Virus record (IMG/VR): IMGVR_UViG_3300024231_000017
Span: 1-53,055 of that record
Length of the DNA: 53,055 nucleotides
Source of the DNA: a virus
Lineage: Duplodnaviria; Caudoviricetes
Reading direction: 5' to 3' (one strand)
Part shown: one piece after another, positions 28,301 to 35,677 of the stretch
How the letters are laid out: each line of letters begins with the position of its first letter
Position numbering within the stretch: the first letter of the stretch is position 1
Position numbers and translations under genes: made by a program
Notes under the pieces: generated by a model
The model's input: only the letters and a program-made list of their open reading frames with translations
What the model was told of the DNA's origin: nothing
The model's database searches: none

Positions 28301-28344
28301 GCACATCAAAGCCATTCACTGAGTGGCTTTTATTGTATTTATTC
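28294..28344 (+). promoter_or_regulatory. Long intergenic hairpin, RNase III site-like (copy 2)
   Basis: Near-identical to 27731-27782 with a compensatory G-C to A-T change in the upper stem. Confidence 0.6.
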
Positions 28345-28367
28345 CAACGCCTGAGGAGGCACGCATT

Positions 28368-29243
28368 ATGAAGACAGATATTAAAGAAACAATTACCGCT
28401 GAAATTATCACCATGATCGAGAGCGCACAGGCATCCGGTGCAGACTGGACAATGCCCTTCAAGTCACTTGGCGGCAAGCCTACCAATGCCAACACGGGCG
28501 TAGCCTATACCAGACTAAATGCGCTATGGCTTGGGCTGCAAGGCTACCGCACTGTGGCTACTTACAGACAGTGGGAGGATATCGGCTACCAAGTCCAGAA
28601 AGGCTCAAAGGGTGTGGCTATCAGTGCCCCAATGACCGTGAAGGACAAAAAGACCGGCGACTCCAAGATGATCGGATTTCGCACCGTCAAGGTATTTCCT
28701 GCCAGTATGGTGCTCCACGCTGAGACCGGCGAGCCTTGGGTAGAGCCTGAGACCGAAGCGGTGGATCTCACTGAGCGGCTAGAACTGGCTGACCAGTACG
28801 TTAACAATCTAGGCTTTGATATTCGCCACTCTGGCGAGGGCAGGGCTTACTACTCACCCGCTGGTGACTTCATCCACATGCCAGAACGTGCGGCATTCAG
28901 CGCTACCAAGACATCCACAGCGACTGAGAATTACTACTCCACACTGCTGCACGAATCGGCTCACTGTACCGGTCACAAATCGCGCCTAGATCGCTTAGAC
29001 CTTAAGAACAAAAAGGGCTACGCCTTCGAGGAGTTGGTGGCTGAGTTGTCTGCCGCGTTCCTATGTAATCAGCTGGATGTGTCAGGCGCTCCTCGTGATG
29101 ATCACGCTCAGTACTTAGCGTCTTGGCTTGATGCTCTAGGTGGTGACAGTGACTACATCTTTAAGGCGGCTAGCGAAGCGCAGAAAGTGGTTGACTGGAT
29201 GGATGCAATGCAAGTTGCCCTTCCCTTAGAGGAGGCGGCATAG
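28368..29243 (+). CDS. ardC: ArdC-family antirestriction protein (ssDNA-binding + zincin-like domain)
   Basis: W.MP....P.NA.TG..Y...N; ATYRQW...G.QV.KGSKG; YYSTLLHESAHCTGH.SRLDR; YAFEELVAELSAAFLC. Confidence 0.92.
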   Translation: MKTDIKETITAEIITMIESAQASGADWTMPFKSLGGKPTNANTGVAYTRLNALWLGLQGYRTVATYRQWEDIGYQVQKGSKGVAISAPMTVKDKKTGDSKMIGFRTVKVFPASMVLHAETGEPWVEPETEAVDLTERLELADQYVNNLGFDIRHSGEGRAYYSPAGDFIHMPERAAFSATKTSTATENYYSTLLHESAHCTGHKSRLDRLDLKNKKGYAFEELVAELSAAFLCNQLDVSGAPRDDHAQYLASWLDALGGDSDYIFKAASEAQKVVDWMDAMQVALPLEEAA

Positions 29244-29278
29244 GGGTGCGGGGATTTATTTCCCCCGCCCAAATTTTT
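29243..29278 (+). terminator. Terminator-like hairpin after ardC
   Basis: GGG(T)GCGGGGA/TCCCC(C)GCCC stem followed by AAATTTTT. Confidence 0.45.
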
Positions 29279-29341
29279 CTAGCTGATGAGCAGCTGAGTG
29301 GTTCTCAGTCGAAACGCCCAGCGGGGCGTCCTAGATAACCA
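29278..29341 (+). ncRNA. Hammerhead ribozyme, type I (HHR2)
   Basis: TCTAG-CTGATGA-G(ca)GCTGAG-tggtt-CTCAGT-C-GAAA-CGCCC-agcg-GGGCG-TC^-CTAGA; 3' AACCA can pair with loop II TGGTT; cleavage after C29330. Confidence 0.92.
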
Positions 29342-29358
29342 ATGCCGAGGAGGCAACC

Positions 29359-29586
29359 ATGTACTACATCCAGCAAGAGGGATCACCCTTCGCTTACCAA
29401 GCAAAAACATTAACCGAATATGCATCGCGTTTGACCGGCGGGGATACCGGAGAATATAGGGTATACAAAAGCAAGAGCGCATATCACGAGGGCTTCGACT
29501 TTACCGCCTATGATCATATAGACGGCAAGCTAAAAAAATCTAAAGCCCAGCCAGTGGCTGTATTAAATCGCTGGCTTTCTAGCTGA
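29359..29586 (+). CDS. 75-aa early protein bracketed by two hammerheads
   Basis: GAGGAGG RBS; stop codon TGA lies in the CUGA core of HHR3. Confidence 0.75.
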   Translation: MYYIQQEGSPFAYQAKTLTEYASRLTGGDTGEYRVYKSKSAYHEGFDFTAYDHIDGKLKKSKAQPVAVLNRWLSS

Positions 29587-29639
29587 TGAGCAACTGAGTG
29601 GTACTCAGTCGAAACGCCGTGAGGCGTCCTAGATAACCA
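29578..29639 (+). ncRNA. Hammerhead ribozyme, type I (HHR3)
   Basis: TCTAG-CTGATGA-G(ca)ACTGAG-tggta-CTCAGT-C-GAAA-CGCC-gtga-GGCG-TC^-CTAGA; tail ACCA pairs with loop TGGT; cleavage after C29628. Confidence 0.92.
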
Positions 29640-29660
29640 AACTGCCGAGGAGGCAATCAA

Positions 29661-29939
29661 ATGGAAATCAAGCGAAAAATAGTAGCTCGCGCCGCACAGC
29701 GCATTATTGGTCTGCTCACTTTTGATGAGCTAACCGCAATCTACAAAGCCGAACAAAATGCAACACACGCGTGTGCTCAGCTCGGAATGAGCGCCCAGAT
29801 AGCCACCCAAGATACAGCGCGAACAGTGGCGCGAGAAATTATGGAGGGGCTTTCTGATTATCAGATCGACCAGATGGGGCACGAACTAAAACTGTCGGCG
29901 CGAGACCTGACTAAATACACGGCGGAGGTGGCAGCATGA
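29661..29939 (+). CDS. Early protein, unknown function
   Basis: 92 aa, GAGGAGG RBS after HHR3. Confidence 0.72.
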   Translation: MEIKRKIVARAAQRIIGLLTFDELTAIYKAEQNATHACAQLGMSAQIATQDTARTVAREIMEGLSDYQIDQMGHELKLSARDLTKYTAEVAA

Positions 29940-30196
29940 TCACCTTTAGAATGGTAGTAAAAGAATCATTTTACACCGAGTACGCAGTAGAGGCTGAATC
30001 TGAAGTAAAAGCGCGACTCCTTGTCCGGAAGGGTCACGGGAGAGTCGTTAATGACGGCTACACTGACTGGGACATCATAGCAATAGAGCAAGACAATCCG
30101 CCTCCCCCATTTTTGCCTGTAGACCCAGACGACATCGCCGAGATTCAGGCAGCAATGCAGGAAAATGCTGACGACAGAATGACGATGCCCCACTAA
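29936..30196 (+). CDS. Early protein, unknown function
   Basis: 86 aa, GGAGG RBS, ATGA overlap. Confidence 0.68.
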   Translation: MITFRMVVKESFYTEYAVEAESEVKARLLVRKGHGRVVNDGYTDWDIIAIEQDNPPPPFLPVDPDDIAEIQAAMQENADDRMTMPH

Positions 30197-30321
30197 TCCA
30201 ACTGATGATCGCAGCTAGTTACTGCGTGAAACCTAGCGTCCACCTGACGATAAAGAGTCATGCGGGAATATCACCCAGAATCTACACGGGTGCCCCATGG
30301 CTTCTAGGTATTGGAAAACTA
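30197..30321 (+). ncRNA. Hammerhead ribozyme, type I variant with large stem III insertion (HHR4)
   Basis: TCCAA-CTGATGA-t-CGCAG-ctagtta-CTGCG-t-GAAA-CCTAG-[67 nt]-CTAGG-TA^-TTGGA; tail AACTA pairs with loop TAGTT; cleavage after A30310. Confidence 0.8.
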
Positions 30322-30342
30322 AATGCCGAGGAGGCAATTATT

Positions 30343-30516
30343 ATGGGAACTCAATACGAAGACTGCACCCCGACGTGGGAAGAAACCGCTCACCTGCTGG
30401 TTCACACCCTGCAATGCAATCCCGACAACGAAAGTGCTCGGGCAGAACTGTTACGCATGGGCAAGATCATCGACCAGCAACAGGCTTACATCAAGCAATC
30501 TAAGGAGGTGGCTTGA
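30343..30516 (+). CDS. 57-aa early protein
   Basis: MGTQYEDCTPTWEETA...ARAELLRMGKIID; ATG 30343 after GAGGAGG. Confidence 0.7.
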   Translation: MGTQYEDCTPTWEETAHLLVHTLQCNPDNESARAELLRMGKIIDQQQAYIKQSKEVA

Positions 30517-30716
30517 TGCAGGCAGAACTTGAGAGGGTTGCCAATCGATTGCAGCTATTCATCTTGAAACGCAATCGCAGGACTAGGATTCAAAGGCTTT
30601 CGGGCGTCCATATAAACACCATGGCACGCTTCCTAGCCGGTGAAGATATCCGACTGCACACCCTGATCAAGATCGAGAAGGCTTGCCTGCAACTTCAATC
30701 GGAGGATGAATTATGA
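30513..30716 (+). CDS. Cro/XRE-like HTH protein
   Basis: IQRLSGVHINTMARFLAGEDIRLHTLIKIE HTH pattern. Confidence 0.65.
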   Translation: MMQAELERVANRLQLFILKRNRRTRIQRLSGVHINTMARFLAGEDIRLHTLIKIEKACLQLQSEDEL

Positions 30717-30886
30717 GCATGTATAAATGCGGTGACTGCACATTCTGGGGTGAGTATGACGAGGTTCTGATCGTGCGTGAGATTGATCATGAGCCATACG
30801 GCGATCAGACAGTAGAGCGTGAGACCATCTACTGGCATTGCCCCTTATGTGATAGTGAAGATGTAACAGAATGGCTTGAAGCCTGA
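30713..30886 (+). CDS. 57-aa zinc-ribbon protein, not in ORF track
   Basis: MSMYKCGDC...WHCPLCDSEDV; GGAGG RBS; ATGA overlap. Confidence 0.7.
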   Translation: MSMYKCGDCTFWGEYDEVLIVREIDHEPYGDQTVERETIYWHCPLCDSEDVTEWLEA

Positions 30887-30965
30887 AAACACAATAGGTA
30901 AAAAAATAAACCATTTGTGTACTTAGATATTTCCCCCAAATCGTGCTAGGAGATAGCACCGTCTA

Positions 30966-30990
30966 GACGCTACGGATGGCGTCCTTTTTT
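30966..30990 (+). terminator. Rho-independent terminator ending the early operon
   Basis: GACGCTA-cgga-TGGCGTC followed by C and T6. Confidence 0.75.
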
Positions 30991-31077
30991 GTAAGTTTTT
31001 TCGAGGCAACCTGCGGGCAATGTGGAAAACAACCTGCGGGTAATCTGGAATGAACTAACCAAAAAGAGGAAGACCCT

Positions 31078-31389
31078 ATGTTCTTATTTGAACAGAAACT
31101 AAACCAAGCAGGCATTGCTGACACCAGAACCCAGCATATTGCCAAAGCCCTGAGCGACCTTCACTCTGCAATATCGCAGTGCGATATACCCACGCGCAGA
31201 TTGTTTGCGGATATGCACCCTTACGCCGTTCGCGCAGCAGTCGAGTACGCCAAGGTCGAAGACCTCAACACCGATCTCTGGGGCGTCACTCACAACCACG
31301 AATGGCTAGCCGATTACATGGAGTACGAGACAGAGTGCCGGATCAGACCCCTGACCGACAACGTCGTTGATATGGGAGAATACCGATGA
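31078..31389 (+). CDS. Hypothetical protein
   Basis: 103 aa, GAGG RBS. Confidence 0.65.
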   Translation: MFLFEQKLNQAGIADTRTQHIAKALSDLHSAISQCDIPTRRLFADMHPYAVRAAVEYAKVEDLNTDLWGVTHNHEWLADYMEYETECRIRPLTDNVVDMGEYR

Positions 31390-31541
31390 TTTATCTAGAG
31401 TGGTTTATCGCTATTGTCGCTGCGACGATCTTTGCTTTTGCCTTTGCGGGCGCCATACTACACGCCAACGATAGGCAGAGATTCTATGACGAACGACGAA
31501 AAAGAGAGGTCAGCGATGTCAACAAACGACGAGCTGATTGA
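31386..31541 (+). CDS. 51-aa single-pass membrane protein, not in ORF track
   Basis: MIYLEWFIAIVAATIFAFAFAGAILHANDRQRF...; GGAG RBS; ATGA overlap. Confidence 0.6.
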   Translation: MIYLEWFIAIVAATIFAFAFAGAILHANDRQRFYDERRKREVSDVNKRRAD

Positions 31542-31701
31542 GATAATGAAAAAGCATAACCTGAGCAAAAAGCAGGTCGCTGACCTGATTGAGGTAAGCT
31601 ACGAGGCAGTGTCAAATTGGCTCAGGCAGCATCGGTCAGCACCTATGCCTAAGGTTGCCCTGCTAGCGCTGCGTTTGAGTATCGAACTAAAACGCATTTA
31701 G
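31516..31701 (+). CDS. XRE-family HTH protein
   Basis: HNLSKKQVADLIEVSYEAVSNWL; ATG 31516 after GAGG. Confidence 0.75.
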   Translation: MSTNDELIEIMKKHNLSKKQVADLIEVSYEAVSNWLRQHRSAPMPKVALLALRLSIELKRI

Positions 31702-32116
31702 GAATCAGAAACACCCACTTTGGATGCCGGTCTGTAGTACCTGTAAAGCAGACCGGCTCCAACCCTTCACTCAGGATACATTCAAGTATCCCCTGCCTGC
31801 TAAACCAATACTCCCCATTACCTGTAACTATCACCCAGTAGTCCGCAATAGAAACACTAAATGCTGACGGCTTGCGGTGGAAGTACTCGACGACGATATT
31901 GCCAGTCTTCTGGCTCATTGGATCGTACTTAACCTCAACAGTTTTACCTATCTCAGGGATCGTTATGTCCCACTCTGGATGCAATCCTTCTGCTCGCTTG
32001 GCGTTTGGGAATATCAAGCGCAACCGGCGAAGCAAGTCATCCTCGACCGCTACGCCACGCTTGAGATCTTCTTCAAACCCCACGGCGCTCTTTCTTCCAT
32101 AACATCTGAACGCCAA
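31649..32116 (-). CDS. PD-(D/E)XK-like fold phage protein
   Basis: WDI....TVEVKYD....TGNIVVEY...ADYW; start uncertain. Confidence 0.55.
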   Translation of the reverse strand: MAFRCYGRKSAVGFEEDLKRGVAVEDDLLRRLRLIFPNAKRAEGLHPEWDITIPEIGKTVEVKYDPMSQKTGNIVVEYFHRKPSAFSVSIADYWVIVTGNGEYWFSRQGILECILSEGLEPVCFTGTTDRHPKWVFLIPKCVLVRYSNAALAGQP

Positions 32117-32357
32117 TCTTGACTAGGTCTTTACTGTGACTGGGCACTGCATCATCTGGGATGCTATCGATTGCCGCTCGCCTCTCATCCCTACTTGGCA
32201 AGTCCAGTATGTTACTTGGCAGGTAGTAGGGCAGGGTTGCCTTAGCTAGATCATGGAAGTCTGAATCTAGGTTGTCCTCTATGTACTGGAGGCACTGGGG
32301 GTAGTATGTTTTTTTCGCGGCTAATTTTATTTCAGCATTGAACTTTGACGGCTTCAT
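32073..32357 (-). CDS. Hypothetical protein
   Basis: 94-aa ORF in replication operon. Confidence 0.55.
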   Translation of the reverse strand: MKPSKFNAEIKLAAKKTYYPQCLQYIEDNLDSDFHDLAKATLPYYLPSNILDLPSRDERRAAIDSIPDDAVPSHSKDLVKIGVQMLWKKERRGV

Positions 32358-32748
32358 CGGGAACCTCTAGTAACTCTCTCATCAACAAGATGCCTGTCTC
32401 CCAATCAACCGTGACTGTCTCGACAGTTTTGAATGAGTATTCCTTGAATGTCCATAACGGAAATACCATACGTATTGGCTGGCGGTCATACTTATAGATC
32501 AGCACTGGTATGTACTCATCTCCCGCCGATGTCTTAGCCTGCTCCCACCACTCAGGCTTGTACCAGTGACCACTGGCGTATCGCTTGGCTTCAATCATTA
32601 GGTTGTGAAACTCAATGTCAGCCTTGCCGCAGGTCTGGTACTGGTCGAGGTTTCGCTTCAGGTGGCTAGCGCACGAACCGAACTCATCATGAAACATCTT
32701 GATAAGCTCGCGCTCGAACGCATGACCCTTAGCTCGACCGTTTATCAA
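32332..32748 (-). CDS. Holliday junction resolvase-like PD-(D/E)XK nuclease
   Basis: NGRAKGHAFERE...ADI...IEAKR...WWEQA...PVLIYKYDR. Confidence 0.72.
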   Translation of the reverse strand: MINGRAKGHAFERELIKMFHDEFGSCASHLKRNLDQYQTCGKADIEFHNLMIEAKRYASGHWYKPEWWEQAKTSAGDEYIPVLIYKYDRQPIRMVFPLWTFKEYSFKTVETVTVDWETGILLMRELLEVPDEAVKVQC

Positions 32749-33047
32749 CTGTCTACCTTGACGACAGTCGAGATCAGTTTGTCTAAGTACCAGCGGGCTT
32801 TACGCAGGTCGGTTATCTCGCTGCCCTTATGACGATACCTGTGAAGATATTTCTTAACATTCCCCTCAAGGTAGGCTTGAAATCCTTCACCCAGATTGTC
32901 CTCTAGATAATCGATGCACTCGATCTTGCCGTTGTTGTAGTGGGCAGGATGGTTGACGTTGTCTGCTTCAGGCTGTCGCACCTCCACACTCGCTAGCTTA
33001 TCTCTAAGTTCATTCCATTCGGCTGGTGTTGCGTTATCAATACTCAT
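32745..33047 (-). CDS. DUF3310 (SaV-like/T7 gp1.7-like) protein
   Basis: DNVNHPAHY..GKIECIDY...GNVKKYL.RY..KG..ITDLRKARWYL. Confidence 0.88.
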   Translation of the reverse strand: MSIDNATPAEWNELRDKLASVEVRQPEADNVNHPAHYNNGKIECIDYLEDNLGEGFQAYLEGNVKKYLHRYRHKGSEITDLRKARWYLDKLISTVVKVDS

Positions 33048-33220
33048 ATTCTTACTCTCCGTTTGCATATTGGGCAGGGCTTAGTCCAGTCGGTAGTCTC
33101 TGGGCAGCGACAGTGCTTGGTTCTGCCGTAGTAGTCTGCGTCGAGCGGTAACTTGTAACTCCCCGTTGTTTTAATTGGTTTCTTGCTAAATTGTTTCTTC
33201 TCAAATTCCGTAAACTTCAT
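33044..33220 (-). CDS. 58-aa Cys-containing protein, not in ORF track
   Basis: MKFTEFEKK...HCRC...PCPICKRRVRI; fills the gap, overlapping both neighbours. Confidence 0.55.
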   Translation of the reverse strand: MKFTEFEKKQFSKKPIKTTGSYKLPLDADYYGRTKHCRCPETTDWTKPCPICKRRVRI

Positions 33221-33512
33221 TCACCTTTACCTGTGTCCATTCAAGCAGCTCGTACTGAGTGCCGTATCGTTCTTCAAACCTTTTCTTAAAGGGGTGGCGG
33301 CTCGTATAGCTAGCGTTGTCCTCACCCCCTCGATGATGCTTGTAGCAAAGGGGTATAGATTTTAGGTGCGCCCCTTCCTTGGTCTTGCCGTCGATGTGAT
33401 GCACCTCTGCTGGCGTGAACACATTGAACTGGCGGTGGCATACGCAGCAACCAAGCTGCGTAATCCGATCCATCCACTGCTTATCGGCAGCATTAGCACC
33501 GCGACCCTTCAC
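33201..33512 (-). CDS. Ref/DUF968-like HNH nuclease
   Basis: LGCCVC...AEVHHI...IPLCYKHHR...FEERYGTQ.ELL. Confidence 0.78.
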   Translation of the reverse strand: MKGRGANAADKQWMDRITQLGCCVCHRQFNVFTPAEVHHIDGKTKEGAHLKSIPLCYKHHRGGEDNASYTSRHPFKKRFEERYGTQYELLEWTQVKVNEVYGI

Positions 33513-33841
33513 GTTCCGTAAACTCTCCGCTCGGCACGCTCACTGGCTAGCATCGACTGCCAGACTTTGAACTCAACCTCGGCAGCCAGCATCTCTGACT
33601 TGGCGGCAGCCAGCATTCCCTTAGCCCTGCCTCTTGACAGGCGAGCCTCGTACACGTTCCCATCTTCATCTGATGCTCTAAGCTGTGCAGCATTGGTCTT
33701 GGCGCCTTGCGCTTCAGCTACTACCATTGTCTGGGCGACGATCCGCTTCTCATCAGCATCAGCCTTTGATAGCTCGTACTCAGCCTTGCCGACAGCGATG
33801 CCAGCCTCCCTAATCTTCTGTGCAAAATTTTCCTGATCCAT
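33509..33841 (-). CDS. Hypothetical helical protein
   Basis: 110-aa ORF coupled to helicase gene. Confidence 0.6.
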   Translation of the reverse strand: MDQENFAQKIREAGIAVGKAEYELSKADADEKRIVAQTMVVAEAQGAKTNAAQLRASDEDGNVYEARLSRGRAKGMLAAAKSEMLAAEVEFKVWQSMLASERAERRVYGT

Positions 33842-35677
33842 TTAATTTTCCTTTGAATAGTTAATGTAATACCTAGCCTTACTGTTCTTTCTGTCACGGT
33901 ACTGACAGGTCTTGCTATCGAACTCAAAGCCCACTTTGCCTTCGTACATACCGTTCCTGTTCTTCAGGACTTCAAGGTACATATCCCATTGCCTTGTGTA
34001 CTGCTCATCAGGCTCCTCGCCTAACATCTCAGCCTGCTCGATCTGCTCTGCCTTACGCTTGTTTTTCCAGACACTTATAAATCCGTCAGCAAGGTCGGTG
34101 ATCGAGCCTGAACCCTTAACGTCATACTTGTTAGGCGCTGCATACTCTGACTCACCCTTTCGGACGTGCGTCACAATGAATATGGTCACTGGAAAAGCGA
34201 GCTTGAAGTTGACCAGCTTCTCGATGAACCTTTGTTGACCTTCATAGTCATCCTGCCTAACCATATTGGTGAGGGAATCGACCACGAATGTGTTAATGCC
34301 GTAACGTCGATATGCATATTCAAAACAGGACATAAGGTCTTCAGGCTTGGGGGTCAGCTTGTCAACGAACAGCCATAGGTTAGGGCACATCCACTCAAGC
34401 AGTTTCTTTCGGTATGGCTGGGGTGGTTGCTCTGATCCAGCAGCCTGCCTAACCATTCGCCCCATGGTTGCTTTTGGCGTCATCTCCATCGATGCAATCA
34501 ATACTTTCTGCTGTTGTTCAACAGCGTTAAGTGCTAACTGATTTAGCCACATCGACTTGCCGTGACCGTTGATCCCGCACACGCCCCACAGTTCGTTAGG
34601 TCTGAACTTGATGTCCTCTTCATCTAACTTAGCCCAGCCAGAACCGAAGCCTTGCGTGTCATCTAATTTGTTCTCAAAGAAGTCATCGATGTCCGCTTCA
34701 AAGTCCAGTACAGATCGCAAAGTTTCTGGGTCTTTCCAGCGTGCCTCTTGATAGGCGCACTCCAGCATCCAGCGTGCCTGCTCGTAGCCTTCTTTCTGGA
34801 GTAGCTCATTGATATCTTTTGTTGGCAGGTTAACTCTGTAACATCGGTCACCGAGCCTCGACATAATTTCTGCCGCAGCCAACTCTCCCTGTTCATCCAT
34901 ATCTGTGGCTATAAGGATCTCTTCAAAGCGTGCGAGGTTCTCGTACTCGTGCGCTATCCACTTGGTCTGCTTTGCGCCCTTACCACCACCCATCGGCACT
35001 GATAGAGCGGGGAACCCTAACTCACCGCAGGCAATCGCATCCCATTCACCCTCAGTTATCCAAACCTTTCTTGCATCGTCAGGCATTGCTTGCCACCCAA
35101 ACAGGATAGGCTTCAGATCTTTCTGGGTAGATGGGTTGCCGTCATGATTAATCGGCTTGGTCTTTAGGAATGTCTGCTTTCCGTCAGGCTCCATGAAAGG
35201 GAACACTACGTCCTGCCCACCCTTGGTATCAGTCTCGTAGATCTTCCATCTAAAGCAGACTTCCCCCACGTCTTTAAACCCTCTCGTCTCCATGTATCCA
35301 TGCAGATTGGAGCTGGCATTCTTTGCGGGAGGTTGTGGTTTGGTGTAGTTCTTTTTTTCCGCCGGAGCAACTTTTTTGGCAGGCGTATTGTCTCGGATGC
35401 CGTATCGCTTTTTTGCCCACTCCATTGCATCAACCAGTGTGAGTCCTTGGCTGTACATAATCAGGTCAAGCAGGTCACCTCCCTCACCAGTACTAAAGTC
35501 CATCCATTTGCCACACTGATCGCCGCTAAGATAGACGCTCATGCTTCTGCCTTTCTCACCTTGGATAGATCCGATCTTGTAACAGCCGCTCTCAACGCGA
35601 CCGTCGGGGTAAAGTTCGTGGCATATACTGGTAGCGTGCGGTGCTAGGTTCTGCGCTAGCGTTTTAATATCCATCAT
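33842..35677 (-). CDS. Primase-helicase (TOPRIM + DnaB-like SF4, T7 gp4/Twinkle-like)
   Basis: WITEGEWDA, ATDMDEQG, KDINE; Walker A GINGHGKS; VVDSL; IVTHVRK; KGSGSITDLAD; KNRNG. Confidence 0.93.
   Translation of the reverse strand: MMDIKTLAQNLAPHATSICHELYPDGRVESGCYKIGSIQGEKGRSMSVYLSGDQCGKWMDFSTGEGGDLLDLIMYSQGLTLVDAMEWAKKRYGIRDNTPAKKVAPAEKKNYTKPQPPAKNASSNLHGYMETRGFKDVGEVCFRWKIYETDTKGGQDVVFPFMEPDGKQTFLKTKPINHDGNPSTQKDLKPILFGWQAMPDDARKVWITEGEWDAIACGELGFPALSVPMGGGKGAKQTKWIAHEYENLARFEEILIATDMDEQGELAAAEIMSRLGDRCYRVNLPTKDINELLQKEGYEQARWMLECAYQEARWKDPETLRSVLDFEADIDDFFENKLDDTQGFGSGWAKLDEEDIKFRPNELWGVCGINGHGKSMWLNQLALNAVEQQQKVLIASMEMTPKATMGRMVRQAAGSEQPPQPYRKKLLEWMCPNLWLFVDKLTPKPEDLMSCFEYAYRRYGINTFVVDSLTNMVRQDDYEGQQRFIEKLVNFKLAFPVTIFIVTHVRKGESEYAAPNKYDVKGSGSITDLADGFISVWKNKRKAEQIEQAEMLGEEPDEQYTRQWDMYLEVLKNRNGMYEGKVGFEFDSKTCQYRDRKNSKARYYINYSKEN

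Noticed and set aside
30244-30250. CTGACGA inside the HHR4 insert as a nested hammerhead core
   Set aside because: No properly placed stem II plus GAAA follows it
27731-30340. Early-region repeats as a CRISPR array or integron attC cassette array
   Set aside because: Spacing is gene-sized and irregular, there are no cas genes, the repeats are explained by hammerhead cores and hairpins, and the integrase is distant with its own attP
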